Positions 1-9,600 of a stretch of DNA of 29,026 nt are shown in pieces (within the stretch, counting starts at the first letter, position 1; every line of letters starts with the position of its first letter). Made by a program: the position numbers and the translations under genes. The stretch lies in IMG/VR virus record IMGVR_UViG_3300033069_001022, positions 90,960-119,985 of that record. One strand, 5' to 3'. The notes under the pieces were generated by a model. It was not told the DNA's origin. It made no database searches and was given only the letters and a program-made list of their open reading frames with translations. The DNA comes from a virus. Lineage: Duplodnaviria; Heunggongvirae; Uroviricota; Caudoviricetes.

Positions 1-3000
1 AGATAAAGATAGTGCAGGATTTTATTCTTCTTTTGAGCATATCTCTGCTGACCAGCTATTTGCTGAAGTAAAGAGAAGGATATTAGGAGACAGCCCTGAT
101 AGTAAAAGAGAAGATAAAATTCCTGGTAGAATAAGAGAATATGTGGCTGCTTTATTAGAGCAATCTAAACAAGCAAGAGGAGCTAGGAAAATAGAACTTA
201 CAAACCAGATAAATCATGTATTAAGTGTATATGATTCTATCAATCAAAATTGGGAAGAGTCTGTCAAGATAACAAAAGAATTTCTCCGCAGTGCTTTTAA
301 AATAAAGATTACTGACGAGATTACTATGGATGAGAAGGAGAATAAAGGTAAGAATGAATATACAAAGAATGACTTTTTAATTGATACTAAGCAGAATTCT
401 ACTTCAGCAATGAAGTTGCTATTTGCTACATTGGTTAAAACAGATAAAACAGGACAGTTAATTGATGGTACTTTATTCCCTAAAGTAGAGGGAAACAGCT
501 ATGGTGGACCACAATTGGTTCATTCTGGCAAATCATTCATTGAAGTTATTAAGAACTTAGCTGGTGTAAATACACTAAAAGAGCAATTACAAAATCTTTA
601 CTTACTTGGTAAGAATAACCCTGATTATGTAAGATTATACACCAGGTTAAAGGGTAATCTAAGTGAAGAAGGTACTTTGGATTATGATAAAATGGATTTC
701 AATGACTGGAAATTAATCTTTGATTTCTATACGACTTTTGCTAAACAAGCCCCTGTTCCATTCATTGTCTTTAATAGAAAAGATACAGAGTTACAGGAAG
801 GAGAAACATATATGGCTCCAGCAGATTTGAATAACTTATCTAAGTTACAAATCCAACAATGGATTGGTAATCTGAGAGTTATAGCAAAAACTGGTAACAA
901 CTATGTGAAAAAAACAAAGGTAGGTAAACTTAATGCCTTTACTGTAGATACTTCCAGTTTTAGGGCTACTACAGGAATAGATGATAAAGGCATATTAAAA
1001 AGTAATCTTTTGCCTAAATTGGCTTTACTTGGTATAGAGATAGATAAAAAATTAATAAATAAATTAACCAAAGCAGAGGCTACAAAGATGAGAGTAGCTG
1101 CTCAAAGTTTACTTTTAAATATAAAGATAAAAGATGTCATAAGTATAACTGCTGAGAAGAGTGGTATTCAAGGTAGACTAAATGAATTAGCTGATATAGT
1201 TGTAAGAAATACTGATTTGGAACAAAAATCTACTTTCTTTAATATTGATAATGAACAACAACAGTTGTTTATTAATGACAACTATTATAGCAAATTTGCT
1301 AATGCTTTAAACAATACTACATCTCTAGCTAAATTTATTGAAGATAATCCACAGTACAAAGATGTATTGTTGGGTAATTCTTTAATATTTAAATTAGGTG
1401 GTGACTACTTTGATAAGAATGGTAATAGGACAGAAGAAAAATTAACTATTGCATATCTTAATGGTATACAGTTAGAGAATGATAGAACTAAAGCCGTTGA
1501 TAAATTAAATTTAGGAGAAAGGTTGCTCACTACTATTAATGCCTTGGTGAATGGTTATAGTAATATAATCATGCCAGGAGATAGTGCTACTGAGTGGATG
1601 ATGTCCATGAAGAATAATATACAGATGGAAGACTTATCTTCTGATGTGTATAAGAAAAAGCTAAAGTCTATATTTGGTGGTTATCTGGTGGATGAGATGA
1701 ATCTGATAGTAGACACTCCTAATAGGGTATTTAATTTAGAACGTAAAGATAATAAATTAAGACTTCTGGAAGGTATTCTGTCAGAAGAGTTTAAAAAACA
1801 AATATACAAGTTTACTGATACTAAACCTTCTCCAGAAGAAGTTGAGGAATTTGTAAAAAAGAATAGTGATAAATTAACTGAAGCTGTAGATAAGTTTGTT
1901 ACTGTTGAAGCAGAGAGTATTAAAAAAGATTTAACAAATGAAGGTAAAGTAGTAACACACTATTTGGAAGGCGCAGGTACTGTATACTCTATTAATGGTC
2001 TGGACTCAGCCTTTGAGAATGAACATTTTGGAAAGACTAAAATAGAAACTGATAGAGCTTATGCTGTTCTTGATAAGAAAGGACTAGACAATTTCTTCAA
2101 ATTTGTAGCTGTAAACTATGCTATAAATAACACAGAGATTGTAAAAACATTATTTGGTGATGTAAGTACTTTTAAAAGTATACAAGATTCCTTGAAGAGG
2201 ATCAAATCTCATGGGTCTCCTCGTAAATCCATAGCCTCTGATGGACAAGCAGATATTGCATTAACAAAATTAATGAATAACGCAGATAAAGTAGCTTTAA
2301 AATCTTCAGATTATGGTTATACTAATTTTGACAATGAGGTAACAACATACACTTTAAGTGATTTTAAAGTAGTAGGTTCCCCAGCTATATATGATGGTAA
2401 TGATGAATATGATAATGTAGATAGGTCCGATGGTCAGATGTGGGCTATGCCTACCTTTTATAGAGAAGCTTTATTAAAGAGTGGTATGTGGAATGCAGAA
2501 GATTTCTTCCAATATGATTCTGCTGCATTTAGGCAGTATTATGCTAAAAGAAATAAAGCTTATGGTAAAGCATATGCTAAAAATCTACAACTTGTTGCAC
2601 AGGATTTAAAGACTATCGAAAAAGGAAGACCGTCTGAAATGGTTGTTCCTCTTAAGCCTATTATTACAGGAGCCAAATCAGGTATTGAATATATAGATAC
2701 TGTACTAGATAAGCAATCTGCTTTTCCTTTATTCTTCTCTTTTACAGAAGAAGGCTCACATCTTAGGGAACATTTTATACAGAATTTTGAGAATTCCCAG
2801 GATTTCTCTATTGTATTGAGTGGTAGAAAGAAAGGTGCTCAGGAACTTCATAATTTCTATAACGGTAATGGAACTGTTAATAAGACTAAAATATCAGATG
2901 TTTCTACTTTCAAAATACCATTAACAGCTTTTGGTATTCAACAAGAAACTTCTGCCCATGATGATAATAGTCAGACTAGGGGTACACAGGCTACTAAATT

Positions 3001-6000
3001 AGCCCATGTAAACTTATATGACAATGGTGTTCCGGTTGATTATAAAGGTAAAAAGGACTGGTTTGAATTAACTGAAGAAGAAAGACTAAAGGAATCCCCT
3101 ATATATGTATTACTCAGGCATAATGAAAATATGCTTAAAGAACTTACTAATATAGGATACGACAATCTTTTGAAAGATTTAGGTATAGAAGATAATAATG
3201 GTACTTTTAAAGTAACTGATTATAAGAAATTATCAGATAGGCTTTATGATGAGATAGTTAGTAGAGAAGCTAATCAGAATGTATATGATAGTGTTAAATT
3301 AAATGAAGTAGGTAAACTGGCTATAGCTCCAGAAGCTTCTAATAACTATCAGGTTATTAAGAATATTCTATTATCTATAGTAGATAAAACAGTTGTTTCT
3401 CCTAAGATGCATGGTGGAGCAAAAATTCAGGTATCTTCTGCTATGTGGGATAATGATTCTACATTAAAGCCTTATATTAAAAAGGGAAAGAAATGGGAAG
3501 AAGTTAAAGACTTTGATTCTCTATCACCTACTGATAAAGAGAAAGTTAGATTATTTTCTACTAAATTAAAGTTCTATACTAAAAATGCAGATGGAACTAC
3601 TAATCCATGTGAAGTTTTACTTCCAAACTGGTTTAAAAGAAAATTACAACAATCTCCTAAATTAAAAGGAAAAACTGACCAGGAAATACTGGATTACTTA
3701 AACAATACTGAGGAAGGTAAAAGAATACTTACTGGTGTAGGTTTCCGTATTCCTACTCAGGAGATTAACTCTATTGAGGTATTTAAAGTAGCAGGGTTCT
3801 TACACCCATCGTTAGGGGATACAGTAGTAGTTCCTGCTGAGATTACTACTAAATCAGGCGGTGACTTTGACGTGGATAAATTGAATACATACCTAAAGAA
3901 TGTATATGTTGATGCCAAGGGGGATTTAAAGTTAGTTCAATATAAAGGAACTAAACAAGAATCAGATATATTTTATACAAATGAATTCTTAGATATAGCT
4001 GAGGCTGAGGCTTTAAATCTTAATAAAAAAATAATAAAGAAAGGAAACTTACAAGCTACATTATCTGCTATTATTCTTGGAGAGATGTCAGAAAAAGGAG
4101 AACAGAAGTGGAATAGGATTCTGAAGAATATGTTTGGTGACGATGCTACAGCTACAGATATTAAAGAGGAGTTAATGAGGAAACTCACTGACTATGGTAA
4201 ACAATTAAAAGATTTAGAAGATATAGATTTACAAGAGGCTTTATTACAAGTCTTCATAGACAAAATGTATAAGCAATCTATTCAGAATGAATATACAGAA
4301 TCTTTTGAAAAGATAATGCTTTTACCAGAGAACTATGATAGGTTATTAATACCTAATAGTGATCATGGTATGAGAGAGATGAGGGATAATCTGAATAAAC
4401 TTTTTGGTAGAGATAAAATTTCTACTAGTTCACCATTACTTTCTTTGTCTTATATTAATAATCAAAGACAACTTTCTATAGCTGGTAAAGATAATGTAGG
4501 TATAGGTGCTATAGCACAGGTGAATCACTCTCTTACTCAGAGGCAACCAGTTTATATTGACCCTGCTAAGATTGCAAAGACATACCCTAAAGACAAGGAT
4601 TTCTTAGGAGATGGCACTATTAAACTAAGGGATAAAAAGGGAAATCCTTTATATAATGAAATAGTAGTAAAAGGAAAACCATATATATCTTTATCTGGTA
4701 AAACAGATAAGGCTGGAAAACTTATAACAGATAAAATATCTGCTTATTTGAATGGATTTGTGGATATTCTAAAAGATACCTTTATTGCTGAATTAGGTGT
4801 TAACAGGGCTAATGCAGGTATCTTCTTATTCCTGGAAAGAATTGGAATACCTTCTGAAACAGTTATTCACTTTATGAATCAGCCTATTATAGTGGAATAT
4901 AATAAGTTGTTAACCCAGATGGGTAAACCTTTCTTATTTAATACGGAAAATATAGACTATATATTAGGTATGTTTGAAGGAGGAGAAGATGTGACTACTA
5001 TTAATACTGAAAGTCTTGCTAAAAATATTGAAACTTATTTTAAAGATGGTAAAAAAGGTTGGACTAATGTAGATAATTCTCAACAAAGACTTGTATTAAC
5101 TGAATTCTTGAAGTATGCTAAAATGGCTAATCAGTTAAGAGAGCATATACAAGCTGTTACTTGGGATACTGCTAATTTCAGTGACTTTACCCTGATGGAA
5201 ATTAAGAAGATGCTACTTAACAATGTTAATAAGTATTCTATCTTTAATACTCCAGAAGATATTTTGAATAACTCCTTCTTAGGGGATTTAAAAACAAAGA
5301 TTGGTAAAGCATCTAAAGCTATTGGTTCATTCCTTAAATTACAGGCAGGATCTGGACAGATGGCTATACTCAAAACCCTGTATCCTTTAATAGACCCTAA
5401 AGATAATTACTTATCTGCAAGAGAAGCTATGAAGCTTGGAAATAAAGTAACTGCTTCTTTCCTGGATTATTTAATACAGACCAGATCAAATGTATATGGT
5501 TCTCCATTAGGTTCTTATATAGCAAGGCAGTTAACTGACCAGGTTAATGGTACAGCTTTTAAAGTTAAAAGGATAAAAGATGACCCAGAAAATACCTTAA
5601 ATCAAAACTATGCAATTGCTTCACTTAATGTTATGATTGGTGAGCAGGAAGGTCAGGTAAATAATCTTAGGTTAAAGCTACCTACAAAAGATATATTCTC
5701 TCAAAATGCTTTTATACAAGGATTAAGAGAGCTTAAAGATATTGATCCAGAGCTTTATAGGTCTATAGCTTTTGCTTCTGTGTTACAATCTGGTACATAT
5801 AAATCATACTTGTCTTTTACAGATTTACTCCCATTAGAAGATTTCTCAGCTCTTGTTAATCCAATTCTGGAAATGACTGCTAGTGACTCTTCTCTGGAAT
5901 GGTATTCTGAAGCTAAGTTATTTTTAAAGAATAATTGGCAAGACCAGGATTTTGTACCTAGTACTCCTTACTTATTACAGAAAAAGGATAAATCTGGATG

Positions 6001-6616
6001 GTATAATCCTTGGAAAGTTAGTCCAAAATATTATGAAAGAGCTGTAAATAATTTTGAAAAAATAACTAATAATTCATTAGAACACCCTATCTTTGTATCA
6101 AGGTGGAGACAGGAAGCTGGTTCTCCTATTGTTACACTTAAAAAGGAAGACCATGTGAATTTTACCGATGTACAAATAAAACAATTTAAAAGAAAGGGTG
6201 ATTACAGAAGTTATAAAGTAACAGTTGGTTATCAATTGGTTATGGATGGTTCAGAACCATATATTATATATGACGATAAAAACTCTGCTTTTGATAAGTT
6301 TGTTTATAAAGCTGTAAACTTATATGGAGATGGTGTAAAAGCTCAGGAATACTATGAAGATAACAGACCTTCTCAATTGAATAATGGTACTTTACACCTT
6401 TCCCAGGAACTTACTGACCAGCAAGTAATTGATTCTTTTGAGGGAACTGTTAAATCAATAGCTAAAACATCAGCCCCTGTTGCTAAACAAATTCCACAGG
6501 CTAAGACTACTACTGTAGAAACTAAACCTGTTGTACAAGTAAAGAATGCCCCTCCTAAACAGAATAAAGGTGGAGTAGCTGCTATGTTAGCTATGAAAAA
6601 AGGTCCGTGTAAATAA
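1..6616 (+). CDS. Virion-packaged double-psi beta-barrel RNA polymerase, crAss-like (phi14:2 gp66 type); 5'-truncated by the window edge
   Basis: Frame is open from nt 2 (DKDSAGFYSSFEH...), so the 143 GTG is not the true start. Contains GFRIPTQ (~3740-3760) and the catalytic-type SGGDFDVDKL loop (DFDVD at 3863-3877), the DxDxD signature of crAss-like virion RNAPs. More than 2200 aa and adjacent to a second giant ORF. Confidence 0.9.
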   Translation, partial: DKDSAGFYSSFEHISADQLFAEVKRRILGDSPDSKREDKIPGRIREYVAALLEQSKQARGARKIELTNQINHVLSVYDSINQNWEESVKITKEFLRSAFKIKITDEITMDEKENKGKNEYTKNDFLIDTKQNSTSAMKLLFATLVKTDKTGQLIDGTLFPKVEGNSYGGPQLVHSGKSFIEVIKNLAGVNTLKEQLQNLYLLGKNNPDYVRLYTRLKGNLSEEGTLDYDKMDFNDWKLIFDFYTTFAKQAPVPFIVFNRKDTELQEGETYMAPADLNNLSKLQIQQWIGNLRVIAKTGNNYVKKTKVGKLNAFTVDTSSFRATTGIDDKGILKSNLLPKLALLGIEIDKKLINKLTKAEATKMRVAAQSLLLNIKIKDVISITAEKSGIQGRLNELADIVVRNTDLEQKSTFFNIDNEQQQLFINDNYYSKFANALNNTTSLAKFIEDNPQYKDVLLGNSLIFKLGGDYFDKNGNRTEEKLTIAYLNGIQLENDRTKAVDKLNLGERLLTTINALVNGYSNIIMPGDSATEWMMSMKNNIQMEDLSSDVYKKKLKSIFGGYLVDEMNLIVDTPNRVFNLERKDNKLRLLEGILSEEFKKQIYKFTDTKPSPEEVEEFVKKNSDKLTEAVDKFVTVEAESIKKDLTNEGKVVTHYLEGAGTVYSINGLDSAFENEHFGKTKIETDRAYAVLDKKGLDNFFKFVAVNYAINNTEIVKTLFGDVSTFKSIQDSLKRIKSHGSPRKSIASDGQADIALTKLMNNADKVALKSSDYGYTNFDNEVTTYTLSDFKVVGSPAIYDGNDEYDNVDRSDGQMWAMPTFYREALLKSGMWNAEDFFQYDSAAFRQYYAKRNKAYGKAYAKNLQLVAQDLKTIEKGRPSEMVVPLKPIITGAKSGIEYIDTVLDKQSAFPLFFSFTEEGSHLREHFIQNFENSQDFSIVLSGRKKGAQELHNFYNGNGTVNKTKISDVSTFKIPLTAFGIQQETSAHDDNSQTRGTQATKLAHVNLYDNGVPVDYKGKKDWFELTEEERLKESPIYVLLRHNENMLKELTNIGYDNLLKDLGIEDNNGTFKVTDYKKLSDRLYDEIVSREANQNVYDSVKLNEVGKLAIAPEASNNYQVIKNILLSIVDKTVVSPKMHGGAKIQVSSAMWDNDSTLKPYIKKGKKWEEVKDFDSLSPTDKEKVRLFSTKLKFYTKNADGTTNPCEVLLPNWFKRKLQQSPKLKGKTDQEILDYLNNTEEGKRILTGVGFRIPTQEINSIEVFKVAGFLHPSLGDTVVVPAEITTKSGGDFDVDKLNTYLKNVYVDAKGDLKLVQYKGTKQESDIFYTNEFLDIAEAEALNLNKKIIKKGNLQATLSAIILGEMSEKGEQKWNRILKNMFGDDATATDIKEELMRKLTDYGKQLKDLEDIDLQEALLQVFIDKMYKQSIQNEYTESFEKIMLLPENYDRLLIPNSDHGMREMRDNLNKLFGRDKISTSSPLLSLSYINNQRQLSIAGKDNVGIGAIAQVNHSLTQRQPVYIDPAKIAKTYPKDKDFLGDGTIKLRDKKGNPLYNEIVVKGKPYISLSGKTDKAGKLITDKISAYLNGFVDILKDTFIAELGVNRANAGIFLFLERIGIPSETVIHFMNQPIIVEYNKLLTQMGKPFLFNTENIDYILGMFEGGEDVTTINTESLAKNIETYFKDGKKGWTNVDNSQQRLVLTEFLKYAKMANQLREHIQAVTWDTANFSDFTLMEIKKMLLNNVNKYSIFNTPEDILNNSFLGDLKTKIGKASKAIGSFLKLQAGSGQMAILKTLYPLIDPKDNYLSAREAMKLGNKVTASFLDYLIQTRSNVYGSPLGSYIARQLTDQVNGTAFKVKRIKDDPENTLNQNYAIASLNVMIGEQEGQVNNLRLKLPTKDIFSQNAFIQGLRELKDIDPELYRSIAFASVLQSGTYKSYLSFTDLLPLEDFSALVNPILEMTASDSSLEWYSEAKLFLKNNWQDQDFVPSTPYLLQKKDKSGWYNPWKVSPKYYERAVNNFEKITNNSLEHPIFVSRWRQEAGSPIVTLKKEDHVNFTDVQIKQFKRKGDYRSYKVTVGYQLVMDGSEPYIIYDDKNSAFDKFVYKAVNLYGDGVKAQEYYEDNRPSQLNNGTLHLSQELTDQQVIDSFEGTVKSIAKTSAPVAKQIPQAKTTTVETKPVVQVKNAPPKQNKGGVAAMLAMKKGPCK

Positions 6617-6632
6617 TATAAATAATTAATTA

Positions 6633-9600
6633 ATGAGTTGTCGCATAATTTCAAGCCCTACAACTGGCAAAGAAGAAACTTCTATTCTATGGAATGAAAT
6701 CCGTGATATAGTAGCTTCTGATGAACAAGCTGATGTGGCTTACAGTAATATTGTTACAGAGGAATTCGTAGAAGTATTTGGAAACTGGGTTGAAGAGCCT
6801 GAATCTATAGATAAATCTAAAGTTAATTCTGTAGGGGAACCACTTCTTACTGAAGAAGTAAGGAGCTTTATTGGTATTAATTCTACTATAGTAAAAGGTC
6901 CAATAAATTACTATGACGAACCTGGGTTTAAGAAAAGAAATCCAAACTTTAATCCAGAAACTTATGTAAATACAGTTAATAAGTTTGGAGAAAGTAAACA
7001 AGAATTCCCTGAATTAACTCCTACTTTGGAAGAAGGTGTAATGTTGCAAACAGAGAATGAAGATTTAACCCCCAGTAAAGCTTCTCCTGAAACTATAGAA
7101 AGAGTTAAAGAGTGGTTAAGCAGAATTGGTGTAGATATAAAAGCTTTGGACACTGCTAGGTATAAAGGAATTAATGGTGTAGCAGATATATTGAATAACA
7201 TCATTGAAATAGCCGAAGGTAAAACCAATGAAGCTTTAACAGAAGAAGCTATGCACTTTGCTGTAGAGATATTAGAAATCACAAATCCTGCTCTTTACAA
7301 AAAAATGTTAAGTAAGATTGGTAACTACCAGATTTACAAAAACTTATCTGTGGATGAAACTTATATCAAACAATTTACTAAACAAGGTAAGCTGGATGTT
7401 ATAGGCATGAAGAAAGAAGCCATTGGTAAAGTACTGGCTGAAACACTTATCAGACAAGAACAGGAAGGTGTGGAAAAACCTGAATTCCTTGAGCAATCTA
7501 AAAGCTGGTGGCAGCAGATTGTAGAATGGTTTAAAGGACTTATTAATCAGGCAGGGTACAATCCTTTTGAAAAAGCAATAGAAGGCTTGAATAATATAGG
7601 CACTGTAGAATCTTTAAAGAATAGACAGGAACTTGTTAAGCTTGGTAAAAGAGTAGAAGCTATACAGAGTTCAGAGACTGGTGTATTTCAGGATGAGATA
7701 AACAAAGCTCTGGATAATAAAGATTATAGAGCAGCTATTTCATTGATAGCTAATCAGTTAACACCTGAAACTTTTCAAACAGTAATAGACAAAAACCTAA
7801 ATGGTGATACTAAACTTGGGCAGGATATACAAGATTTTGCCAGAGTTTATTTACAAACTGCTCCAGAGAACCCTACTGCTGATGCTATTATAGCAGCTAT
7901 TAAAAAGATAAGAGCTGATTATAAAGTAGTAAAGCATAGTGATACTGTAGACCCAGAGGATGAGAATAATAACTCTTATTATACTGCTGTAATAAATGGT
8001 GTAGAAAAGAAAACAGATAGAACTACTGAATGGGCTAAAAGAGAGAATCTTAAAAAGACTGGTGGTAAAGACTATATGAAAGAAAGGGCTAAAGATCCTA
8101 TTCTTAAAATGCAGGATACTGCTAAAGCTTTAACTGGTACTAAACTTCATAATTTTATAGAAGAAACTATTAAGGTATTCTTAAGGGATGATGGTACTAT
8201 AATGAATGAGGATGAGGCAGATTTAAGTCTGTTACCTGAAACTAAGGGACCAGTTTTAAACGCTATCCAAACCTATTTATTAGGAGACCCTAGAAAAGGT
8301 ATTAATGGTTTCTTATTTCAATTCCCTGCTGGTACAAAGATTCTCACAGAGGAAATAATCTTTAATCCTAATGCAAAGAATGAAAAGGGAGAAGTAGTAG
8401 GTAGAGCAGGTACTGTGGATTTAATGGTTTTTCTACCAGATGGTAAAGTAAAAGTATATGATTGGAAATTTATGGGCTTCACTCCTGATAAAATAGACCA
8501 GGCTCCTCAAAAGAAAACTCAACATGCTTTGCAATTAGCTGATTATAGAAGGACTATGAAGGAGTCTTTTGGTGTGAAGGACATTGAATTACAGACTGTA
8601 CCATTTGGAGCAGTTTATAAAATGAAAGATGTAGATGGTAAAAAAGTTCCAGTATTAAAATCAGTAGTAACTGGTAATATAAATATAAGGAATGAGGAAA
8701 ATACATTCTTATTACCTGTAGTACCTGAAGACCAATCTTCAGGAAACAAAGATGTTGATAATCTTGTAAAAGCTTTAAAAGCGCATTACAAAAAACTTTA
8801 TGATAAACCTGTTGGGCCAGAAGGTGAAAGATATATAAAGATACAGGGACTTAACCAGTTGTCTGTAGCTATTAGAAATTTACAGGTAGCTCTAAACTTC
8901 AAACCTTTAGAGGCTGAAGCTGTAACTTTTAAAAAGAATATATTAGAGACTATTGATAAGTATAAGGAAATAGATGTATCTGGTTTGGAAAAAGAAGATA
9001 TAAACAAGCAAATCAATGAGTTATTAGACTTATTAAAAAGTGCAGACACTTATTCCAATCTTGATAAAGCTTTTATTAGTGAGTATGGTGAAGACAATCT
9101 TGGTAAAGACGAGACTTTACTTTTAAAAAATCTTAGTGCTGCATCATCTGCTGCTAAAAATTCTAAAAAAGAACTTACTGATTTACTTAAAAAGTATGTA
9201 GCACAAGCTGCTATAGAACAAGGATTTTCTCCTACTGAAGTATTATCAGCTACTAAAGAAGTACAAGGAATTATAAATTCTTTCTTAGAAGGTACTAAAC
9301 TGCCTAATGCTACTATGAACCTTGCAGCTAAAATTGTACTGGAAGCAAGGAGTAATGATAAAAGACTTATAGCTGCGGAGATTGAAAAGTTTGGTAAAAT
9401 ATATACAGAGTTACAAAAAGCCCATCCATCTGATCCTTTCAAAGCTATAGGTGATGGACATGAGTTAATAAGGAAAACTAAAGCAGAGTTCTGGAAGGCT
9501 CTAAGTGATGCTTATGAGAATGAGAATGCAAATTTTATCTTAGAAAATGTAGACCAAGAAAAGTTAAAAAAATCAATAGCTGACCTTATTGAAAAAAGGT

